A stretch of 64,000 bases of DNA from Thermoanaerobaculaceae bacterium (GTDB lineage: Bacteria; Acidobacteriota; Thermoanaerobaculia; Thermoanaerobaculales; Thermoanaerobaculaceae). Positions 18,559 to 27,283 of this stretch are shown one piece after another. Under the pieces are notes generated by a model that saw nothing but the letters and a program-made list of their open reading frames with translations, did no database searches and was not told where the DNA came from. The stretch lies in the NCBI GenBank assembly GCA_035542075.1, contig DATKMD010000008.1:19706-83705 (forward strand), written 5' to 3'. The translations under genes were made by a program, and so were the position numbers. How positions within the stretch are numbered: position 1 is the first letter of the stretch; every line of letters begins with the position of its first letter.

Positions 18559-19230
18559 TCAGGTGAAGGTGCGCTCGGTGAGGTTGAGGAACTCGAGCAG
18601 GAAGTCGTCCATCAGGCCCCGCTGTCGCCGCAGAGCGCCGAGGAAGGCGTTGTACGCGATGACCGCGGGTATGGCGGCCGCAAGGCCCGCCGCAGTGGTG
18701 ACCAGCGCCTCCGCGATCCCGGGCGCGACCGTCACGATCGAGGTGGACCCGCTCACGGCGATGGCTCGGAAGGTGGTCATGATCCCCCAGACAGTCCCGA
18801 ACAGTCCGATGAACGGCGTGGCGGACGCCGTCGTGGCGAGAAAGGGGAGGAACCGCTGCAGCTTGGCGCCCTCGACCCCGATCGCGCGCTGGAGCGCTCT
18901 CTCCACCGCCACGAGGCTCTTGATCTGGCCACCGGACTGGCCGGTGCGTTGGAGCACCCTGACCTGGGCCTCGAGTTCGAGGTACCCCGCGCGGAACATG
19001 CCCGAGAGCGGTGCCGCCGGGGTCTTCGCCGCCGCGGCCTGGACGTCCGCCAGACGTGTGGCGCGGCGGAACTCCCCGAGGAAGGAGAGGTTGTCGCCGT
19101 CGGCACGACGCAACTGGCGCACCTTGAGGATCATCAGCGTCCAGGAGGCGAGAGAGAAGACCGCGAGAACAGCCAGCACGAACTTCGCCACCCAGCCGGT
19201 GGTCCCGAAGGCCTGCATGATCTCATTCAC
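18559..19230 (-). CDS. tolQ: TolQ/ExbB/MotA family proton channel
   Basis: [18 protein letters not shown] and three TM helices. 223 aa. Confidence 0.85.
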   Translation of the reverse strand: MNEIMQAFGTTGWVAKFVLAVLAVFSLASWTLMILKVRQLRRADGDNLSFLGEFRRATRLADVQAAAAKTPAAPLSGMFRAGYLELEAQVRVLQRTGQSGGQIKSLVAVERALQRAIGVEGAKLQRFLPFLATTASATPFIGLFGTVWGIMTTFRAIAVSGSTSIVTVAPGIAEALVTTAAGLAAAIPAVIAYNAFLGALRRQRGLMDDFLLEFLNLTERTFT

Positions 19231-19239
19231 AAGAGGATT

Positions 19240-20088
19240 CTACGCGGGCGGCGCCGCGCGACCAAGGGGCGGCGCCGGGTGAGTGACGAGCGTCCCCGCC
19301 AGCAGATCGTGCAGCGCCTTGCGATCGCGCCGAAATGGGATGAGCAGGTAGCCGAGCCCGAAAGTCAACACGGTCACGAAGAGGGCCACCAGGCGGAGGA
19401 GGGCGCGAGGGTAGCCGATCGGGACTCTGTGCCTCCAGTCGAGGAGGCGCAGGCCGCACAGCCGGAGGCCCGGTGTGCCGCCGCGCCGTGCCCAGCCGTG
19501 GACGACGTAGTAGAGCGCGAAGACGACCCAGAGGACGGCGCATGCGCCGGTGATGACCGACTTGGTCTGCGGGGTGGGCGGCAGCGCGTCGGGCGAGAGG
19601 AGGTAGCGCTCGATCAGAGTCGTCACCAGGAGCGGACTGAACGGGATGAGTGAGCCGGCGCTGAACAGCGCGATGTCGGTCACCGCAGCGAGGAGTCGCC
19701 AGCCCAGTCCGGCCGGATCGCCGGGGATGAGGCCGCTTGTGTTGTCCGGCCCGGACTTCGAGTCGCCGACCGACGCTGGCGCATCGGATCTCTCGATGGT
19801 GCCGCGGAGAGACCCGAACCGCACGCTGTCGCCGGCAACGATGGCGCGGGGCGAGAGGACCCGCTCTCCGTTCACGAAAGTGCCGTTGGAGGAACCCAGA
19901 TCCTCGACCACGAGTTCGTCGTTGCGCCACACCAGCGCTGCGTGCAGGCGGGAGACCGTGTCCGCGCGCAGCCGGATGTCGCACGAACGACTTCGCCCGA
20001 TGACGAGCTTGTCGATCTCCAGCGGGAAGGTCACGTCGCCCAGCCGAAGGCGCAGCCGACGATGCTCAGTACGGGGAGATTCCGCCAC
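19240..20088 (-). CDS. FHA domain protein fused to a C-terminal RDD-family membrane domain
   Basis: FHA: LVIGRSRSCDIRLRADTVSRLHAAL...EDLGSSNGTFVNGERV. RDD: three TM helices plus RRGGTPGLRLCGLRLLD and RDRKALHDLLAGTLV. Confidence 0.75.
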   Translation of the reverse strand: MAESPRTEHRRLRLRLGDVTFPLEIDKLVIGRSRSCDIRLRADTVSRLHAALVWRNDELVVEDLGSSNGTFVNGERVLSPRAIVAGDSVRFGSLRGTIERSDAPASVGDSKSGPDNTSGLIPGDPAGLGWRLLAAVTDIALFSAGSLIPFSPLLVTTLIERYLLSPDALPPTPQTKSVITGACAVLWVVFALYYVVHGWARRGGTPGLRLCGLRLLDWRHRVPIGYPRALLRLVALFVTVLTFGLGYLLIPFRRDRKALHDLLAGTLVTHPAPPLGRAAPPA

Positions 20089-21664
20089 GTTCGTTGTGGA
20101 TCAGCCAGAGTCCGGAATAGGCGCGCAGAAGCCGGAAGCGACAGCGGTACAGCTCCTCGAGGTGCTCCGTGTCTCCACGGTAGAGGGCATCCTCGACCAG
20201 CCAGCCGAAACGTCGGTCAAGCTCTGCGGCGCGCTGCAGGGACTGGGAAGCACGCTCCAGGGTCTCGGACAGATGCTCCGATGACCGTTTCTGCAGACGG
20301 TCTATCTCACGCGCCTCATCGTCCAGCCGGATGCGAAGCGCCGCGGCCTGAAGGAGGTGCCTGGCCCGTTCGCCGACGAGGGAGCCCTGAACCGCGCTTC
20401 CGTTGAGCAGGGCGCGGCAGGCCTTGACCTCGCACGCTTCGAGCCGAAGATGTGCCAATTCCTTGGCGGTCACCGCTTCATCCGCAGGACGGTCGCTGCC
20501 GACGAGCTCCAGGGCGAACAGAATCTTGCTCACGTACTCCTGCAGGAGCGGATCCGCCTGCAATCCGGCGGAGAGGGTCTGGCCGCCCCCTGGAAAGCCG
20601 GTTGGCGGTGTCGGCTTGCCTGTCTCCCACGGCGTTGGAACCTGGTCTGCCTCCTCGGCGGCAGGTGCCAGAGGGGCCGCGAGCTGAGTGATGTCGAACT
20701 GCTCGAGGATCCGGTTCAGGGCCTGCCGAAGCTTGAGGGCGTCCTCGCGCCGCACGTTCTCCGTCTGGCGCCCCTCGTCGAAGCGTTGCTGGGCTGCCGC
20801 GAAGACCTCGAGCAGCTCTCGGAGTTCGGGGGTCGCAATCTCCGGGTTCTCGGCGAGCTGCTTCTGGAGCTCGCGCACCCGGTTGGTGTCGTTCAACAGC
20901 GCAGCCTCTTCGTCCTCCCAGAGCTCACGGAACCGGTTCTTGATGGATACCGTGGTTTCCAGGACGACGGGCAGCAGGCTGGGGTGGAGCATGTTCTCCC
21001 CCAGGCGCCGCTTGAGACCACGAAACCGGTCGAGGGCTCCGCCCGCCACGAGCTCGGTGAAGTTCCTGCAACCGAGCACCTCTCCCCTGAGCTCGGCGAT
21101 CGCTTGCAGGAGGGCGTCCACCTCCTGCGGAGACGTTTTGGGGGAGGGACGGTACTGCAGAAGCGGATGCACCAGGCGTTCGATCTCGTGGCGTTCGCGG
21201 GCCAGGCTCCCATGATCCTCGCGGGGGATCTCTGCGAGGCGCGTGAAGAGAATGTCCAGCTTGTCGAGCGTGTCCCCCTTCTCGTGGCTGGCGTCGAGAT
21301 AGAACTTGATGATCGCGAGCAGCACCTTCTCGTCCTGGTTGCGAAGCCGATCGAAGAACCTCCGGAGCAGGGAAGGGGGGATCTGCTCGTCCACCTCGAG
21401 GAGCCTGCGAGCCTGCCCGTCGAGGCGGGTGTTGAGGCCCGAGATCGTCCTCTCGGTGTGCCCTGTCTCGGAGTGCCCGAGACCCGCCCCGAGCTGGCGC
21501 AGCTCGTTGAACAGGGTAGGGAAGTCGATCTCGATGGGGCACGGCATGTTGAAGAGGTGCTTGAACAAACCCTGCAGGTACTGGTAGAACGTCCACTGCG
21601 ACCGGCTGCGGTCGGTGAGCCGGACATAGCGCTGGTTGAGTTCCTGCAGTCCGATGGCGCTCAT
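20066..21664 (-). CDS. Hypothetical 532-aa soluble, predicted all-helical protein; no family recognised
   Basis: Long ORF with GC3 bias, no TM segments and no motif I can assign. Its 3' end overlaps the FHA-RDD start by 23 nt. Confidence 0.6.
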   Translation of the reverse strand: MSAIGLQELNQRYVRLTDRSRSQWTFYQYLQGLFKHLFNMPCPIEIDFPTLFNELRQLGAGLGHSETGHTERTISGLNTRLDGQARRLLEVDEQIPPSLLRRFFDRLRNQDEKVLLAIIKFYLDASHEKGDTLDKLDILFTRLAEIPREDHGSLARERHEIERLVHPLLQYRPSPKTSPQEVDALLQAIAELRGEVLGCRNFTELVAGGALDRFRGLKRRLGENMLHPSLLPVVLETTVSIKNRFRELWEDEEAALLNDTNRVRELQKQLAENPEIATPELRELLEVFAAAQQRFDEGRQTENVRREDALKLRQALNRILEQFDITQLAAPLAPAAEEADQVPTPWETGKPTPPTGFPGGGQTLSAGLQADPLLQEYVSKILFALELVGSDRPADEAVTAKELAHLRLEACEVKACRALLNGSAVQGSLVGERARHLLQAAALRIRLDDEAREIDRLQKRSSEHLSETLERASQSLQRAAELDRRFGWLVEDALYRGDTEHLEELYRCRFRLLRAYSGLWLIHNERGGISPY

Positions 21665-21725
21665 GGTGCAGCTTCCGAACGGAGTCTACACCAAAGGGCC
21701 GCAGCGCAGTCAAAGGGGGTGGCGC

Positions 21726-22256
21726 GTGCTCAAGGAGAAGGTGCTCACGGCCGAGAGGGTCCAACAGGTGATTGCCACGTTGGCGGAGGAGATCAACGCA
21801 GACCTCGAGGGAAGGGACCCTGTCTTCGTGGGGATCCTGAAAGGGGCCGTCTACTTCCTGACGGCACTCACGCTCCGCCTGAAGCGGAGCGTTGTCGTGG
21901 ACTTCATCCAGGCCTCGTCGTACGGCGCGACGACCGAATCCTCGGGGACCGTCGCGCTTATCAAGGATGTGACGGTGGAGATCGCCGGCAAGGACGTCTA
22001 CGTGATCGAGGACATCGTGGACACGGGCCTGACTCTGGCGGACGTCGTCGCGATGCTGAAGGCCCGCCACCCGCGCTCGGTTCAGGTCGTCGCGCTCTTC
22101 TCGAAGCCCTCGAGAAGAAAGGTCGCCGTGCCGCTCGACTTTGTGGGCCTCGAGATCGAGGACCGTTTCGTGGTGGGCTTCGGCCTTGACTTTGCTGAGA
22201 GCTTCCGTAACCTTCGGGACATTTGGGAGTTCGTTCCGGATGCGGAGGGGGCATGA
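21726..22256 (+). CDS. hpt: Hypoxanthine(-guanine) phosphoribosyltransferase
   Basis: PRPP loop VYVIEDIVDTGLTL and FVVGFGLDF. GTG start at 21726 gives 176 aa; ATG alternatives lie upstream. Confidence 0.85.
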   Translation: MLKEKVLTAERVQQVIATLAEEINADLEGRDPVFVGILKGAVYFLTALTLRLKRSVVVDFIQASSYGATTESSGTVALIKDVTVEIAGKDVYVIEDIVDTGLTLADVVAMLKARHPRSVQVVALFSKPSRRKVAVPLDFVGLEIEDRFVVGFGLDFAESFRNLRDIWEFVPDAEGA

Positions 22257-22639
22257 AGACCAGACCGGAGGTGATCCACACCGACACGGCGCCCGAGGCG
22301 ATAGGCCCGTACAGCCAGGCGATCGCCCTCGGGGACCTGGTATTCGTGTCTGGCCAGATTCCTCTCGACCCGGCGACCGGTGGGCTCGTGCGCGGGAGCT
22401 TCGCCGACCACACGGCGCGCGTGCTCGCAAACCTGGATGGGATCCTGCAAGCGGCCGGGTCGGACCGGAGTCGTGTGGTGAAGGTCACCGTGTACCTCAC
22501 CGACGTGGGGCGTTTTGCCGAGTTCAACGCGATCTACGCGTCCTTCTTCGGAGACCACAGGCCGGCTCGTGCGGTGGTGGGTGTGGCGTCCCTCCCGCGC
22601 GGGGCAGAGGTGGAGATCGAGGCCCTGGCGGCACGCTGA
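22253..22639 (+). CDS. ridA: RidA/YjgF/TdcF family reactive-intermediate deaminase
   Basis: IGPYSQAI and ARAVVGVASLPRGAEVEIE. ATGA overlap with hpt. Confidence 0.9.
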   Translation: MKTRPEVIHTDTAPEAIGPYSQAIALGDLVFVSGQIPLDPATGGLVRGSFADHTARVLANLDGILQAAGSDRSRVVKVTVYLTDVGRFAEFNAIYASFFGDHRPARAVVGVASLPRGAEVEIEALAAR

Positions 22640-23520
22640 TGCAAAGGTTGCGCGAGGCGCGCGTCCTGATTCGAGGTGCAGGGGAGCTGGCCAGTGCCGT
22701 GGCGGCTCACCTCGCGCGCCAGGGCATGGGGCGCATCCTGCTTGTCGAGCGGGCGTTCCCGAAGGCGGTCCGGCGAAACGTTTGCTTCTCCGAGGCGGTC
22801 TTCAGCCACGGAAAGACCGTCGACGGAGTCACCGCGCGTTTCGTGATGCTGCTCTCCGACATCGACATGGTCCATGAACTCGGCGACCTCGCCGTGACCA
22901 CCCAGCCCCTGCCTGAGGTCCTCACCGCCTGGCCCCCGGACATCTACGTCGAGGCCGCGATGCTGCGTTCCAACTGGGGGCTCACCAAGGAGCTGGCGCC
23001 GCTGGTGATCGCCCTCGGCCCGGGTTACCTGGCCGGCAGGGACTGCCACGCGCTCGTGGAAACGGTGCGCGGCCCGCAGTTGGGGAGGGTGGTCTCGTCA
23101 GGCGGGCAGTCGCTGCCGCTGGAGCCTCCGGCGGAGATCATGGGCTTCGCGCTGGAGCGCGTGATCAAGGCTCAGAGACCGGGGATCTTCCGCACCAATC
23201 ACGACATCGGGGACCGGTTGGAGCAGGGCGAGAAGATCGGCGTCGTGGTGCTGCTGTTCGCCCGGGAGGACCTGTACAAGGGCGTGCCGGTCGACTCGGA
23301 GTACCCGGTCGTGGCCCGCATCTCGGGCGTGATACGCGGCCTGCTTCGCGACGGTGTCCCGGTGGAGGGCGGGGACAAGATCGGCGACATCGACCCGCGG
23401 GGGATCACCGGGGATTTGGAGCACATCTCGGACAAGGCGCAGCGCGTCGCGGAGGGAGTTCACGAGGCGATCGTGCTCAACCAGAACCGCGTGCGGCTCC
23501 GTTCCAGGACGCGCCGATGA
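22639..23520 (+). CDS. YqeB/EF2563-like protein (selenium-dependent molybdenum hydroxylase accessory family), tentative
   Basis: N-terminal Rossmann-like VLIRGAGELASAVAAHLARQG..LLVER..PKAVRRNVCFSEAVF matches my recollection of that family. TGATG overlap with ridA. No profile search was run. Confidence 0.45.
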   Translation: MQRLREARVLIRGAGELASAVAAHLARQGMGRILLVERAFPKAVRRNVCFSEAVFSHGKTVDGVTARFVMLLSDIDMVHELGDLAVTTQPLPEVLTAWPPDIYVEAAMLRSNWGLTKELAPLVIALGPGYLAGRDCHALVETVRGPQLGRVVSSGGQSLPLEPPAEIMGFALERVIKAQRPGIFRTNHDIGDRLEQGEKIGVVVLLFAREDLYKGVPVDSEYPVVARISGVIRGLLRDGVPVEGGDKIGDIDPRGITGDLEHISDKAQRVAEGVHEAIVLNQNRVRLRSRTRR

Positions 23521-24383
23521 AACCCCTCGACCCGTCCCGGGGCGTAGTCCTGGCCCTGGGAGGTGGCGGCGTCCGGGGTCTGGCCCACCTCGGGGTTCTT
23601 GCGGAGCTGGAGAGGGCGGGCGTCGAGGTGCGCGGGATTGCTGGCACCAGTTCCGGCGCTCTGATGGGCGCGCTCTGGCTGTTGAACGGCGCCGAGCCTG
23701 CAATCCGGAGGGTCAGGACATTCGTCGGTTCGGGTCTGGTGGAAGACGTGCCGGACCTCATCGGCACGGCCGACACTGGTGGCGGGTCCGGATTCTGGCG
23801 CCACCTGCGGCGGGTAGCCACGCTCATCTTGGCGATCGTGCGAGGCCCGTTCTTGAGCCGTCAGCAGCTCCTCGATCGGGTGGCCTTCCTCCTCCCGGAG
23901 ACCCGGATAGAGGCGCTCCCCAGCCCGTTTGTCGTCATCGCCACGGACACCACCACCGGCGAGGAAGCCTGGCTGACCCGGGGCTCGCTGCGATTGGCGG
24001 TTGCGGCGAGTTCCGCAATGCCCGGCCTGGCATCGCCGATCATCTGGGAGGGTAGGCCGATGCAAGACGGCGGCGCCGTCGCGGAGATCCCGGTGCGGGC
24101 CGCACGAGCCATCGGGGCTCCCGTCGTCGCGGTTGAGGTCAGCGAGGGCCTGCCGCCGTTGACTCGTCGCGCGGACCGGATCCCAACCGCGTTGTTTCGG
24201 GCATCCGCCATGGGCTGGGCGGAGCTGAGGCGTCGGATCCTCGAGGAGGCGGATGCGGTGATCGCCCCGGCGGTGAACCACCTCCACTGGGCCGCATACC
24301 GGGGCCTCGACGAGGCCGTCGAGGCGGGGCGCGTCGCTGCCCGGAGCTTCCTGACGGAAGCAGGCTTGCGGCTTGAGGCGTGA
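23517..24383 (+). CDS. Patatin-like phospholipase
   Basis: Oxyanion LALGGGGVRG, nucleophile GTSSG (GxSxG), and catalytic DGG (MQDGGAV). ATGA overlap with the upstream gene. Confidence 0.85.
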   Translation: MKPLDPSRGVVLALGGGGVRGLAHLGVLAELERAGVEVRGIAGTSSGALMGALWLLNGAEPAIRRVRTFVGSGLVEDVPDLIGTADTGGGSGFWRHLRRVATLILAIVRGPFLSRQQLLDRVAFLLPETRIEALPSPFVVIATDTTTGEEAWLTRGSLRLAVAASSAMPGLASPIIWEGRPMQDGGAVAEIPVRAARAIGAPVVAVEVSEGLPPLTRRADRIPTALFRASAMGWAELRRRILEEADAVIAPAVNHLHWAAYRGLDEAVEAGRVAARSFLTEAGLRLEA

Positions 24384-24460
24384 GGGTCACCGAGAAGGCA
24401 ATTTGCGGCAGGCGAATCTGATCTTGCTTCTGCCCGAGCCCGGACCCCTGATCCCTTCTC

Positions 24461-25726
24461 CTACCTGGGCGCTTCCGTGCCCGGCACGGCAAAGGAGGGC
24501 ATGACGCCGCCGAGGACGCGCACCGTGTCGCGGGCGATGACGCGCTCCTCGTTCGTGGGCACGACGGCTACCGCGACCCGCGACGAGGGAGTGGAAACCA
24601 GGACCTCCTTGCCACGAGGCGCCGCGCGGTTGGCCTCCTCATCGAGGTCGATCCCGAGGAACTCCATGCGGGCGACCGAAGCCTGGCGGACGAGCGCCGA
24701 GTTCTCGCCGATGCCGCCGGTGAAGGTGACCGCGTCGATGCCTCCCATGGCGGCGGCGTAGGCGGCGACGTACTTCCTGATTCGGTAGCAGAAGATATCG
24801 AACGCCAGGCGCGCCCGCTTGTTTCCGGTGGTGCAGGCATGCTCGATTTCCCGCATGTCGGACGAGACGCCGGAAATGCCGTAAAGACCCGAGTGCTTGT
24901 TGAGCATCGCGTTGAGCTGCGAGAGGGTGACATCCTCCATCGTCATCACCCAGGGGAGGATGGCGGCGTCGAGATCGCCGCTGCGCGTCCCCATCAAGAG
25001 GCCCTCTAGCGGCGTGAAGCCCATGGTGGTGTCAACCGAGTGCCCACGGTCCACCGCGGCCATCGAGCACCCGTTTCCGAGGTGGCAGGTCACGATCCGC
25101 ACCTGATCGAGGGGGCGTTTGAGCAGGCCGGCGGTGCGAATCGAGACGAAGCGGTGGGAGGTTCCGTGGAAACCGTACCTGCGGATGGCGTGGCGGGTGT
25201 AGAGCTCGTAGGGCAGGCCGTAGATGTAGGCCATTGGCGGCATCGACTGGTGGAATGCGGTGTCGAAGACGGCGACGTGCGGGACATCGGAGAGAAGGCT
25301 GCGAGCGGCGCTGAGCCCACGCAGGTTGTGGGGGTTGTGGAGGGGCGCGAGTACCACGCACTCCTCGATCATCGCCTCCACCTCGGGCGTGACGAGGACC
25401 GAGGATGCGAACTTCTCACCGCCGTGAACGACGCGGTGGCCGACGGCTTCGATCTCCTTGACGTTCTTGAGAACGCCGTGCTCGGGATGGACCAGAACCT
25501 TGAGGACGCGCTCGACCGCAGCCCGGTGCTCCAGGATCTCGGCGATCTCCTGGTAAGGTTTCCGACCCTCGACCTCGATCGCCAGTCGAGAGTCCGAGAG
25601 ACCGATCTTCTCGACCAGGCCCCTGGCCAGAGTCTCGTCGGTGTTGGCCTCGATCATCTCGAGCGAGGTTTCGATCACCTGGAACTTGACGGAGGAGGAA
25701 CCGCAGTTGAGAACGAGGACCTTCAT
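24461..25726 (-). CDS. ackA: Acetate kinase
   Basis: MKVLVLNCGSSSVKFQV. 421 aa, full length. Confidence 0.95.
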   Translation of the reverse strand: MKVLVLNCGSSSVKFQVIETSLEMIEANTDETLARGLVEKIGLSDSRLAIEVEGRKPYQEIAEILEHRAAVERVLKVLVHPEHGVLKNVKEIEAVGHRVVHGGEKFASSVLVTPEVEAMIEECVVLAPLHNPHNLRGLSAARSLLSDVPHVAVFDTAFHQSMPPMAYIYGLPYELYTRHAIRRYGFHGTSHRFVSIRTAGLLKRPLDQVRIVTCHLGNGCSMAAVDRGHSVDTTMGFTPLEGLLMGTRSGDLDAAILPWVMTMEDVTLSQLNAMLNKHSGLYGISGVSSDMREIEHACTTGNKRARLAFDIFCYRIRKYVAAYAAAMGGIDAVTFTGGIGENSALVRQASVARMEFLGIDLDEEANRAAPRGKEVLVSTPSSRVAVAVVPTNEERVIARDTVRVLGGVMPSFAVPGTEAPR

Positions 25727-25760
25727 TTGACGCTCCCCTCTTTGCGCGAGGCGCCGGCGT

Positions 25761-26672
25761 TCAGCCGAGCTTCGGGGTATCGTCCGGCAGGCGGTCCAGG
25801 CGGCTCCGCTCGCTGTCGTAGGTAAAGAAACCCTTGCCGACGCGAGCCCCGGTCTGACCCGCGCGGACGAGCTTCCGAATTATCGGGCACGGCCGGAACT
25901 TGGCGTCGCCGGTCTCATGGAACAGGTGCTCGAGCCAGTTGAGGATCCTGTGGAGGCCGACGCGGTCCGCCCACTCGAGGGGGCCGTGACGGAACTCGTA
26001 GCCGAGCTTGATTGCGAGGTCCACCTCGGCCGCGCTGGCCACGCCCTCCATCACCACGTGTGCCGCCTCGTTGATGAGCGGCATGATCACCCGGGTCGTC
26101 ACGAAGCCGGGGGACTCGAACTCCTGGATCGGCACCTTGCCGAGAACGCGCACGAAACGGCGCGCTGTCTCGAAGGCGTCTTCGCTGGTGACAACTCCCT
26201 TCACGACCTCGACCACGCGGGTGGTCGTGACGGGGTAGAGGAAGTGCATTCCGATAACCCGCTCGGGGTGAGAGAGACCCTGTGCGAGCTCGCTGATGGA
26301 AAGGGTCGACGTGTTGATGATGATCGGGGTGTGCGGCTCGAGGACGGCGTCCAACTCAGCGATCAGGGCCTTCTTTGCCTCGAAGTCCTCGTAGATCGTC
26401 TCGATCACCAAGTCGCAGCCCACCGTTCGCTTGACCTCGGTCGTGAATTCGATTCGGGCGAGGATCGCTTTCTTCTCCGACTGCGTGAGCCCCCAGCGCT
26501 CGATCTCGCGGTCGAGATCGGTCTGCAGAAGGTCCTTGATCTGACTCGTGCGCTCGTCGCTGATGTCGCGGAGCACAACGCCCAGACCAGCCTGTGAGAC
26601 GCGGGTGGCGATGGAGCGTCCCATCATGCCCCCGCCGACAATCGCTATGCGGTGAAGATCCCGCTCGCTCAT
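25761..26672 (-). CDS. hbd: 3-hydroxyacyl-CoA (3-hydroxybutyryl-CoA) dehydrogenase
   Basis: IAIVGGGMMGRSIA NAD fold plus the C-terminal 3HCDH domain. Start at MSERDL (26672). Confidence 0.85.
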   Translation of the reverse strand: MSERDLHRIAIVGGGMMGRSIATRVSQAGLGVVLRDISDERTSQIKDLLQTDLDREIERWGLTQSEKKAILARIEFTTEVKRTVGCDLVIETIYEDFEAKKALIAELDAVLEPHTPIIINTSTLSISELAQGLSHPERVIGMHFLYPVTTTRVVEVVKGVVTSEDAFETARRFVRVLGKVPIQEFESPGFVTTRVIMPLINEAAHVVMEGVASAAEVDLAIKLGYEFRHGPLEWADRVGLHRILNWLEHLFHETGDAKFRPCPIIRKLVRAGQTGARVGKGFFTYDSERSRLDRLPDDTPKLG

Positions 26673-26675
26673 GGT

Positions 26676-26691
26676 TGTGAAACGTAGCACA
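26676..26691. promoter_or_regulatory. CRP/FNR-type palindromic operator candidate in the hbd/tlpA divergent region
   Basis: TGTGA-aacgta-GCACA (consensus TGTGA-N6-TCACA). It lies 4 nt from the hbd ATG and about 47 nt from the tlpA-like ATG. Confidence 0.3.
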
Positions 26692-26730
26692 AGCTTCGGG
26701 AAGTGTCAACGGCGTGGTAGCATACGCGCG

Positions 26731-27282
26731 ATGGACAGAAGAACTCTCGCTGCATTGTTCCTGGCGGGTCTGGTGGCCGCGACCGTGTCGGCGGCGGAGG
26801 AGCGACCCCCTTTCCCTGCGATCCAGGTGAACGACCTCACCGGCCAGACCTATGCGCTCAAGAGCATCCTCGGGAAGGCAACGGTGCTGAACTTCTGGGC
26901 CACCTGGTGCGGGCCGTGCAGGATCGAGCTGCCCGAGCTGCAGAAGCTCTCCAACGAACTCGGCGGCAAAGGACTCGTGGTGCTCGCGATCGACATGGAC
27001 CTGCCGCCGATCTCAGAGGAAGGTGTGGCCACGCAGCTCACGCTGATTCGACCGCGCGTCCAGGAGTTTCTCAGTCGCACGGGGATCACTTTGCCTGTCT
27101 ACCTCATCGACGGCCAGACCCAGGCCGCTTTGAGTGTGGACCGGCTTCCTTTCTCGGTCCTTCTCGATAAGGAGGGGAGTGTGGTGCGTATCTACCCCGG
27201 GTACTCGGCGGAGTCCATGAAGGATCTCCGTGAGCAGGCGCTCGGGGTGCTGAAGGAGAGGCCGAAGCAAGGAGGGAAGTGA
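26731..27282 (+). CDS. TlpA/ResA-like periplasmic thiol:disulfide oxidoreductase
   Basis: Signal peptide plus NFWATWCGPCRIELP (CxxC). Confidence 0.8.
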   Translation: MDRRTLAALFLAGLVAATVSAAEERPPFPAIQVNDLTGQTYALKSILGKATVLNFWATWCGPCRIELPELQKLSNELGGKGLVVLAIDMDLPPISEEGVATQLTLIRPRVQEFLSRTGITLPVYLIDGQTQAALSVDRLPFSVLLDKEGSVVRIYPGYSAESMKDLREQALGVLKERPKQGGK

Positions 27283-27283
27283 C

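Noticed and set aside
23517-24383. Patatin gene as a CBASS-type or other anti-phage effector
   Set aside because: No cyclase/nucleotidyltransferase, sensor or other defence gene is adjacent. It is embedded in a housekeeping operon with native composition.
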